A stretch of DNA of 64,000 bases, taken from Candidatus Hydrogenedentales bacterium (GTDB taxonomy: Bacteria > Hydrogenedentota > Hydrogenedentia > Hydrogenedentales > SLHB01). This document shows positions 16,478 through 23,828 of the stretch, in pieces. Every line of letters starts with the position of its first letter. The first letter of the stretch is position 1. A program made the position numbers and the translations under genes. The DNA lies in NCBI GenBank assembly GCA_050950105.1, contig JBMNGZ010000008.1, forward strand, positions 22,167-86,166. The letters are read 5' to 3'. The notes under the pieces were generated by a model. It ran no database searches, was not told the origin of the DNA, and saw nothing but the letters and a program-made list of their open reading frames with translations.

Positions 16478-18781
16478 ATGACGGATCCAGAAGAACACCT
16501 TGCCGAAGACAGCTTCCGGCCCCTGGAGGCGGCGCGCGAAGGCGCCTACGACGAGCAGCTGCGCTTTGATTCCCCGCTGATGCGCCCCTCGGCGCCCGTG
16601 CGCATGGTCATCAAACGCGATGGCCGCGAAGAGCCCTACGACAAAAACAAGATCGCTGCCGCGATCCTGCGGGCCGCAGACAGCGCCGGCGAGGGTGACC
16701 GCGATCGTGCCATGAGTCTCGCCTCCGGCGTGACCATTTTTCTCAGCAAACGCTTTGAGGGCCGGGCGCCCACGGTGGCTCAGGTTCAGGATGCGGTTGA
16801 GAAAGTTCTGCTGGAAATGGGCCATGCGCGAACCGCCCTGGCCTTTGCGCGCCACCGGCGCAAACGGACCCGCGTCACCCGGCTGCGCCAGGGCGACCTC
16901 CATCATCTGCTCGATGAATTCGATGAAGCTCAATGGGAGCAGCGGCTTCGCGATGAAACCCACCAGGGCGCCCTCTTTGTCCGGACCAGCAGCGAGACCC
17001 TCTCCGGGTGGGATCGCTCGCGCATCGTCGATGCGCTGGTGCGCGAAACCCGGCTCGACCGCGCACGTGCTGAATCCATCGCGCTGGAGGTCGAGGCACA
17101 AATCCTGTCGGCCGGGATCAGCCCTCTGACCACGGCCCTCGTGCGGGAACTCGTCGACGCCAAACTCGCCGAACGCGGTCTCGAAGAATTCCGCCGCCGC
17201 CATATGCGGATCGGCGTCCCTCTGTACGACGCAGAACGCATCATCTGCACACCGGGCGAAACCGAGCGGATGTGCCGCCAGGACCCGGAGACGACCGACC
17301 GCTTCCTCGCGCAGCGGGTGAAGCGTGAATATGCCCTTACGCAGGTATTCTCCGAGCGCATCGTCGATGCCCACGTTTTCGGCGACCTGCACCTCTGCGG
17401 CCTGGGCTATGTCGACCGCTTTCAGGGTTTTTCCGCACCCATCGACTTTCTCGTGCGCTACGGTGGCGGGCTCCCGGGCGTATCCCGCCAGGCCGCTCCG
17501 CCTCAAGACCTGGAAGGCTTGTTGGTGCAGCTGGGCCGATTCCGGACGCAGGTCGACGCCCATTTCGCCGGGCCGGTCACCTGGGACATGCCCCACGTGT
17601 ACCTCAGCCCATTCCTGGATAACGCAACTGCCCAAGAACGGCAGCGCGCAGCACAAATTCTGCTCTTTGTGCTCGGCACGGACGCCGCACAACGCGCGGC
17701 AAAACCAGAACTCACCCTGAGCTGGGACGTCCCCGCACGGCTGGCGCGCCGAAAAGCCGAGGGACCGGCCCACGCCGTCGACGGCCGGGTCTACGCGGAT
17801 TTCGAATCGCTCGCCCAAGAACTCATGGAAGACATTCTGGCCACCTACCTCCAGGCCAACACCACGAACCGGCCCCTGCTGAGGTTCGTCCTCGACCGTT
17901 CCACATTTGCCCGCCGCGGCTGCCGCAGCGTCCTCGTGCGTCTGGCCGAAACGGCCCTGGCCAGCGGACTCCTCGAGATTGAGTTTGACCGCCCCTGCGA
18001 CGATGCCGCGAGCCCGCCTCCCCGGGACGGCAGCCCTGTGGCTCATGTGGTCAATCTAAACCTGGCGCGTATGGCCTTTCGTTCCGCAGACGAAACGGCA
18101 CTGATGGAAAATCTCGACGCCCTGGTTGATCTGGCCGCACAGGCGCACCAGGAAAAGTGCGCGTTTTTTGAGCGGCTCGTTGCGCTGCGCGCGCTCGGTC
18201 CCTTCGTGTTCCTCGCGGAGACGCCCGCGCATCCGCCCCTGTTCGATATCTCCAAGGCGGTCTATACCATTGCCGTGGACGGGCTCAGCGAATGCGTCGA
18301 AGCGCTTTGTGGAGCAGGGCCGCAGCAGTCCGGCGATGCCCAGGCGCTGGCGCTGCGCGTGCTGACCCGCCTCGCGGAAGGATGCCGGATCGCAAGCGAC
18401 CGCACCGGCTTGCGCATCGTGCCCGCCCAGGCCCGGTATGAATCCTCGGTCCGCCGTTTCGCGGCGCTCGACCTCCGGCCCTTCCCCGAGGAGGCCCGGC
18501 GCGTTGCGAAGAGCGATCCCATCACCCAGGACATCCACTATACGGCGGGAGCCCGTGTCGCCCGAACTGCCACCTGCACTCCGAGCGAGCGTGCCCTGCT
18601 GGAAGGAGAATTGCAGGCGCTTGTGTCTGAAGGCGCTCTTTCCCGCATCGAATTACCCGACATGGAGACCAGTCCGGAGGCCGTCGCCAGTTTTATTGAG
18701 ATGACATGGCGCCGCACAAAAATACGCCACCTGCTCCTGGAACGTCGCGGCGCGCCCACCGGATACCTGGTATACGAATGA
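16478..18781 (+). CDS. ATP-cone domain protein, putative ribonucleotide-reductase-like (class III NrdD-like N-terminal region) lacking a recognizable glycyl-radical C-terminus
   Basis: It has an N-terminal ATP-cone (VRMVIKRDGREEPYDKNKIAAAILRA) and a second ATP-cone-like segment. A GDLHLCGLGY motif resembles the GxIHIHD region of NrdD. The C-terminal 100 aa contain no CxxC pairs or RVxGY motif. The gene lies directly downstream of nrdR. Confidence 0.4.
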   Translation: MTDPEEHLAEDSFRPLEAAREGAYDEQLRFDSPLMRPSAPVRMVIKRDGREEPYDKNKIAAAILRAADSAGEGDRDRAMSLASGVTIFLSKRFEGRAPTVAQVQDAVEKVLLEMGHARTALAFARHRRKRTRVTRLRQGDLHHLLDEFDEAQWEQRLRDETHQGALFVRTSSETLSGWDRSRIVDALVRETRLDRARAESIALEVEAQILSAGISPLTTALVRELVDAKLAERGLEEFRRRHMRIGVPLYDAERIICTPGETERMCRQDPETTDRFLAQRVKREYALTQVFSERIVDAHVFGDLHLCGLGYVDRFQGFSAPIDFLVRYGGGLPGVSRQAAPPQDLEGLLVQLGRFRTQVDAHFAGPVTWDMPHVYLSPFLDNATAQERQRAAQILLFVLGTDAAQRAAKPELTLSWDVPARLARRKAEGPAHAVDGRVYADFESLAQELMEDILATYLQANTTNRPLLRFVLDRSTFARRGCRSVLVRLAETALASGLLEIEFDRPCDDAASPPPRDGSPVAHVVNLNLARMAFRSADETALMENLDALVDLAAQAHQEKCAFFERLVALRALGPFVFLAETPAHPPLFDISKAVYTIAVDGLSECVEALCGAGPQQSGDAQALALRVLTRLAEGCRIASDRTGLRIVPAQARYESSVRRFAALDLRPFPEEARRVAKSDPITQDIHYTAGARVARTATCTPSERALLEGELQALVSEGALSRIELPDMETSPEAVASFIEMTWRRTKIRHLLLERRGAPTGYLVYE

Positions 18782-18877
18782 CCGGAGCGGGCGCCGTTCG
18801 CCCCACAATAGCTCCGCCCATGTTTGCTCAGCCGTGGCCGGTGTAGAGGCAGAAAAGATGTCCGCTCGGGCGTCTCG

Positions 18878-19828
18878 TCAGAAGCTGTTTTCTTTTGTAA
18901 AGGCGATGAGTTCGTCCAGGTTTGCGTAGGCCACGGCCAGCACGGTGTCCGCGGCGCCGTAATACAGCCTGAGCTGCCGCTGGCTGTCCACGAGGGCCGC
19001 GCACGGAAATACCACGCTCGGCACGTCGCCCACACGCTCGTAGGGTTCTGTAGGCGCCAGGAGGTAGGTGCGGGTGCGGTAGCGGACCTGCCACGGTTTT
19101 TCCAGGTCGAGAAGTGCCGCGCCCACACTGTAGACAAACCCGGAACAGCTGGTTCGCACACCGTGATAAATCAGCAGCCATCCCTCGTCCGTCTCGATCG
19201 GCACGGGGCCGGCCCCTACCTTCGTGCTCTGCCACCCGCCACGCGGGCCAAACACAAAGCGGTGGCGGCCCCAATGCACGAGATCCGGGCTCGTCGAGTA
19301 AAAGATATCGCCGTACGGCGTATGTCCGAGATCGCTGGGGCGGTGCAGCATGGCGTACATCCCGTCGATCTTTCGTGGGAAGAGGACGCCGTTGCGGTTC
19401 AAATAGGCCACATTCGCATCGATTAGTTCGAAGCGGTGAAAATCCTGAGTTTGGGCCAGGCCGATGGCCGGCGCCTGCCCGCCCTGCGGGGCGTCGGGGT
19501 AATGGCACCAGGTCACGTAGTAGAGGTTGTCAATCCGTGTAATCCGGGGGTCGTACTGGAAGCGGCCGTCGAAGTTTACGTCCGGTCCGTCCAGATCATT
19601 GCGTTCAAACAGAATGGGCGATGCCTCGATCTGCCAGGCCAGCCCGTCATTGCTGAACCCGGCATGCAGCCCGGCCTCCATCCGCTGGGAATCCACCCGG
19701 AACACGCCGGCAAATCCGGTTCCAAATGGTGCCACCGCGCTGTTGAAGATCGAGTTGGCGGTAGGTACTGCCGCGGGGGTGACGATAGGATTGTGCTCGT
19801 AGCGCCGAAACACGGTCTCGTTGGCCAT
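18878..19828 (-). CDS. glycoside hydrolase family 130 protein (beta-mannoside phosphorylase/glycosidase-related, DUF377)
   Basis: A 316-aa 5-bladed beta-propeller-type sequence (YYVTWCHYPD, GMYAMLHRP, DEGWLLIYHGV, LRLYYGAADTVLAVAY) typical of GH130 members. Confidence 0.7.
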   Translation of the reverse strand: MANETVFRRYEHNPIVTPAAVPTANSIFNSAVAPFGTGFAGVFRVDSQRMEAGLHAGFSNDGLAWQIEASPILFERNDLDGPDVNFDGRFQYDPRITRIDNLYYVTWCHYPDAPQGGQAPAIGLAQTQDFHRFELIDANVAYLNRNGVLFPRKIDGMYAMLHRPSDLGHTPYGDIFYSTSPDLVHWGRHRFVFGPRGGWQSTKVGAGPVPIETDEGWLLIYHGVRTSCSGFVYSVGAALLDLEKPWQVRYRTRTYLLAPTEPYERVGDVPSVVFPCAALVDSQRQLRLYYGAADTVLAVAYANLDELIAFTKENSF

Positions 19829-19921
19829 AGAATACTCCTTGACGTGCCCGCATCCCGGATCCGGGTCACTTCAATCGCCCCTTACGCGCTGATACGCGAA
19901 ATTGCTGGGCAGCCGCCCCGG

Positions 19922-21106
19922 CTATTCTGCGTCAGCCGCCGGTTGCGGTTCCAGCGCCGGCGCCTCGGCCGGTGGGTCGGCCGGCGCGATGTCTTTCAGC
20001 GTTACCGTAAAAGTAGAACCTTCGCCGGGTTCGCTGTCCACCTTGACCTTGCCCGCATACAGCAGGGCCAGCTTTTTCACGATCGACAAGCCCAGACCGC
20101 TGCCCAGGATGCCCGAGGTGCTCGAGTTCTTGATCCGCACGAAGTCATTGAACAGTTTCCCCGCTTCGTCTCGGGTCATTCCGATGCCGGTGTCTTTCAC
20201 CGCGATGTGGAGGAGATCCTCGTCACGGGAGAGCGTGACGGCAACGTGTCCATCGTCCTTGTTGTATTTCACGGCGTTCGAGATGAGATTGTTCATGATA
20301 ATCTCAAGTTCGCCCGTGTCCGCCCACAAGAGCATATCGCCCGTTTGATGCAGGTCGATGCTGATCTTTCGGGACTGTGCTTCGGGGAGAAAGGTCTCGA
20401 TCGCGCGCTCCGCCATGCTTCCGGCGTCCACACGTTCCATCTCGCGCCGTTTCTGGCCGGATTCGATGCGCGTCAGGTCCAGCAGGTCGGCAATCATTTT
20501 TCGCATCCCCTGGATCCGGTCCAGGCAGCGAAAAATGACCTGGTTTATGGCCTGTGGATTTTCGCCGAGGGTCCCATCGCGTACGACGTTCAAATAGCCT
20601 TCGATGGCGTTAATCGGCGCTTTGAGTTCATGTGCGAGCACTGAAATGAACTGAAAGCGCACCTGGCGCTTTTCCTGGGCCAGCCGGCGCGCCTGGCGCG
20701 CCACCATCAGGTGCATGGCCGCTTTCGTAACCGTACTTTTCAGTTCCGTCGGAGTGAAGGGTTTTGCCAGAAAATCGTAGGCCCCCTGTTTCGTGGCGCG
20801 CACTGCGGTCTCGATCGACGCGTAGGCCGTGATCATCACGGTCAACGTTTCGATGTCTCGCTTATGCAGCTCCTCCAGCACATCCAGGCCGCTGATGCCG
20901 GGGAGTTTCAGGTCGAGCAGCAGGATCTGGGGCGGCTCCGCTGTAATTTTCTCAAGCGCTTCCTCGCCGGTCTCCGCCAGTTCCACCTGGAACTGCACGG
21001 ACTCGTCCATGTCGGGGATGTCCACGCTGAAATCGCGCAGGGCGCGTGCAACCCCCATGCGCATGCCCATTTCGTCGTCACAAACCAGCAGCTTCAGCGT
21101 TTCCAT
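19922..21106 (-). CDS. hybrid response-regulator/histidine kinase (REC-HisKA-HATPase_c)
   Basis: The start at METLKLLVCDDE (GGGAG Shine-Dalgarno upstream) gives a receiver domain with DDE...D...K positions (LLLDLKLPG). The H-box is LAHELKAPI. The N, G1 and G2 boxes are NLISNAVKYN, DTGIGM and GSGLGLSIV. Confidence 0.75.
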   Translation of the reverse strand: METLKLLVCDDEMGMRMGVARALRDFSVDIPDMDESVQFQVELAETGEEALEKITAEPPQILLLDLKLPGISGLDVLEELHKRDIETLTVMITAYASIETAVRATKQGAYDFLAKPFTPTELKSTVTKAAMHLMVARQARRLAQEKRQVRFQFISVLAHELKAPINAIEGYLNVVRDGTLGENPQAINQVIFRCLDRIQGMRKMIADLLDLTRIESGQKRREMERVDAGSMAERAIETFLPEAQSRKISIDLHQTGDMLLWADTGELEIIMNNLISNAVKYNKDDGHVAVTLSRDEDLLHIAVKDTGIGMTRDEAGKLFNDFVRIKNSSTSGILGSGLGLSIVKKLALLYAGKVKVDSEPGEGSTFTVTLKDIAPADPPAEAPALEPQPAADAE

Positions 21107-21224
21107 AGTACTCCCTTCGGCCGGTGGCGTCGATTGCCCGTCAAGGCCGCGTGGCGCATGGACCGCCACCACATCCAACATCCGCTCTGCTCTGGTACGC
21201 GCCCGATGGCGCCCGGCGGCCAAA

Positions 21225-21617
21225 TCAGCGAATCAGCCGCTCGATTTCGTGTTGCAGTTGTTCAAAACGGACCGGCTTGTCCAGCAGCGCATCGGCTTTG
21301 ACCCAGGCGCGCTCCTCTTCCGTCGCCGCATCGAAGGCCATGCCGGTCTCGTTGGCGACACCCGTGCAGATTACCACAGGACATCCGGGATAGGTCTTTT
21401 TGATCTCCCGGCACAAGGTGAAGCCCGCATCCATTTCTTCCATCATCAGGTCGATCACGGCCATGTCCGGCTGGGTGGAACGCAAGAGATTGCGCGCTGC
21501 GTTCAGGCCTGCTGCGGTAAGCACTTTGTATCCCGCTGCTTCAAGCTGCACTTTCTGCTGAAAGAGAAAGTCTTCGTCGTCATCAACTACCAGGATCATC
21601 TTTTTCTCGTCGCTCAT
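21225..21617 (-). CDS. single-domain response regulator (CheY/Spo0F-like receiver)
   Basis: A 130-aa protein with ILVVDDDEDF, the phospho-acceptor region AVIDLMM, and a conserved K in LLDKP. It has no output domain. Confidence 0.75.
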   Translation of the reverse strand: MSDEKKMILVVDDDEDFLFQQKVQLEAAGYKVLTAAGLNAARNLLRSTQPDMAVIDLMMEEMDAGFTLCREIKKTYPGCPVVICTGVANETGMAFDAATEEERAWVKADALLDKPVRFEQLQHEIERLIR

Positions 21618-21637
21618 TACGCCATCCCATCTATGGG

Positions 21638-21663
21638 AACTGCCGGCTTCGGCGCCGGCAGTT
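21638..21663 (-). other. perfect 10-bp stem / 6-nt loop hairpin between the hydrogenase-kinase gene and the receiver gene
   Basis: AACTGCCGGC-ttcggc-GCCGGCAGTT in the 136-bp gap. No U-tract follows, so it looks like an attenuator or processing hairpin rather than an intrinsic terminator. Confidence 0.3.
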
Positions 21664-21753
21664 TGCCCGTCATTCAGCTCAACGCACCAAACACCTTACG
21701 ATACCGCAATCCAGGTTGGGAATGAAACTTTCGCTCTTTGCCTGCATCGGCGG

Positions 21754-23820
21754 CTACGCGCCCAGCAACTCTTCTTCGCCGCCCAGGCCGATGCTCATCT
21801 CTACGGATTCCGGCTGGCCGGTCTGCCTGTGCCGAGGCAGCGAGATCTTGAATGTTGTGCCTGTCTGCCCCTTGGCCGGGTCTGAATTCGATTCCACGCG
21901 GATGTCTCCATGGTGCATTTTGACGATGCCGTAGGTCACCGCCAAGCCCAATCCTGTGCCAACACCGAGTTGTTTCGTCGTGAAAAAGGGGTCGAAAATC
22001 CGCGAGAGGTTCTCTTTTTTGATGCCCGTGCCTGTATCGACGATCTGCAGCATAATCCGGTCTGCTTCGTCCGTCAGCCGAACCGTCAGCACTCCGCCGT
22101 CGGGCATCGCCGCGAGGGCATTGCCAACCAGATTGGCCAGCACCTGCGTCATTTGATCGCGATCGATATCCGCCATGGGGACGCTCATTTCGTTCTCAAA
22201 CCGGACTCGTACGTTCTCGGGCACCGTGTTCGCTCGGAGCACGTGCTCGAGCATGTCCCCAACGTCGACAGACTCGAAAAGGACCTTGTTCTGTCGCGCA
22301 AAGTGCAAGAGCCCCGCCACGATCTTCTTGCAGCGGTCGGCATGCTCCGAGATCATCTGGAGGTCTTCCAGCATTTGGACATTCCCGCCGAACTCATCCT
22401 TGATGATGTGGGCGTACATCAGCACGATGCCCAGCGGGTTGTTCAATTCGTGTGCGATGCCCGCGGCCAACTGGCCCATGCTCGCCAGCTTTTCCGACTG
22501 CACCAGGGCCGACCGCGCTTCCGCGAGCTGCTCGTTCGACTGATTGAGATCCTGGATGGTCGTCGCCAGCAGCTCGATCGTGTGCGGGAGGCACATCGCG
22601 GTTTCCGCCAGCCCTTTGTAGATCGCAATGGCATGTTCGCGGCAGGTCTCGTATCCGCAGGCGCCGCAATTGAGCTCGTCGCCCGGTAAAAACTTGCCCA
22701 TCCGCTCCATCAGCTCGCGGATCTGACCCTCCGACGGCACCGCGATCCGCTGATCGTCCGGCCGGTACGTCCGGCTCAAGTCCAGCGTGCTGAATTCCTG
22801 CATCGCGTCCGCCCACTCCGCCTCGGCGGCGTTTTTCATGCGGCGGCGCACATACGAGCTTACCCGGCAGCGCCGGACGTATTGCGGGTCCTGGTTCGTC
22901 GTCCCCGGCCCCATGATGCAGCCTTTGCAGGCGAGGGTTTCCAGCAGACGCACCTCAAAAAATCCCGCTGCAAACTCGCTGATCGCTTCAGGAAAATCGA
23001 CGCGACCATCCGCCACCGCCACATTGCCGTCAACGAGGTCCTCGACAATGTTAGCCGCCTGCAGAAGGCCCCGGCTGACCGGGAACAGACCGCCGTAGCG
23101 CGCGTGTGGCGGGTCAAAATTGCTCGCATCGACCGATTCCGGCGTGATGTTTCGCGCCGCCAGCAGCGCCTGCAATTCGGCGAAAGTCAGGACGCTCTGT
23201 ACGTCATCGGGCAGCTCGTCGCTCGCGGCCTCGCCTTTCTTCGCGATGCAGGGGCCGATGAACACAATCTTCAACCCCGGTCCATGCTGCTTATGCAGCA
23301 CGCGCGCCATCGCCACCATCGGCGACACGATGGGCGCCAGCGATGTGACCAAGTCCGGCTGGTAGCGCTGCACGTACGCCACAATGGACGGGCAGGTCGT
23401 TGCCACAAAGCGCTTATCCTGCGTCGTTTCGATCAGCTTTCGGTATTGATCCGCCACAAGATCGGCGCCAAAGGCCACCTCGTGGACATAATCGAAGCCA
23501 AGCGCGCGCAACATGCCCACGACGCGCTCGTACTCGCAATCATCGAATTCCACTGGAAAGCTCGGTGCGAGCAGCGCCGCCACCTTAGCTTCTCCGGCCA
23601 GCAGCGCCTCGACCTCCGCCTTGGAATCCCAGACGCGTTTCGCGCCCTGGCTGCACACGCGAACACAGTTGCCGCAACCAATGCACCGGCTGCAGATCAC
23701 ATCCGCCTGACCGTCCACGATGCGGATGGCTTTCGCGGGACATTCCCGCACGCAGGTGAAACAGACGCGGCACCGTTCTTTAATGGTGGTGACCAGCGGT
23801 ATGTTGGATGCGCTTTTCAT
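21754..23820 (-). CDS. [FeFe]-hydrogenase-like sensory protein: 2x[4Fe-4S] ferredoxin + H-cluster domain + extra Cys motif fused to a HisKA/HATPase_c histidine kinase
   Basis: The N-terminus has CRVCFTCVRECP and CSRCIGCGNCVRVC. The H-domain has L2 (GPCIAKKGE) and L3 (ETLACKGCIMGPG), but L1 reads ATTCPSI instead of TSCCPxW. An extra CGACGYETC...C motif follows. The kinase part has the H-box IAHELNNPLG, N-box LVGNALAAM, and G-boxes DTGTGI and GLGLAV. Confidence 0.7.
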   Translation of the reverse strand: MKSASNIPLVTTIKERCRVCFTCVRECPAKAIRIVDGQADVICSRCIGCGNCVRVCSQGAKRVWDSKAEVEALLAGEAKVAALLAPSFPVEFDDCEYERVVGMLRALGFDYVHEVAFGADLVADQYRKLIETTQDKRFVATTCPSIVAYVQRYQPDLVTSLAPIVSPMVAMARVLHKQHGPGLKIVFIGPCIAKKGEAASDELPDDVQSVLTFAELQALLAARNITPESVDASNFDPPHARYGGLFPVSRGLLQAANIVEDLVDGNVAVADGRVDFPEAISEFAAGFFEVRLLETLACKGCIMGPGTTNQDPQYVRRCRVSSYVRRRMKNAAEAEWADAMQEFSTLDLSRTYRPDDQRIAVPSEGQIRELMERMGKFLPGDELNCGACGYETCREHAIAIYKGLAETAMCLPHTIELLATTIQDLNQSNEQLAEARSALVQSEKLASMGQLAAGIAHELNNPLGIVLMYAHIIKDEFGGNVQMLEDLQMISEHADRCKKIVAGLLHFARQNKVLFESVDVGDMLEHVLRANTVPENVRVRFENEMSVPMADIDRDQMTQVLANLVGNALAAMPDGGVLTVRLTDEADRIMLQIVDTGTGIKKENLSRIFDPFFTTKQLGVGTGLGLAVTYGIVKMHHGDIRVESNSDPAKGQTGTTFKISLPRHRQTGQPESVEMSIGLGGEEELLGA

Positions 23821-23828
23821 ACTTGACC

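Noticed and set aside
16388-18046. 552-aa minus-strand ORF inside the ATP-cone/NrdD-like gene
   Set aside because: It is an antisense low-complexity ORF. The plus-strand frame carries ATP-cone motifs and sits in nrdR context.
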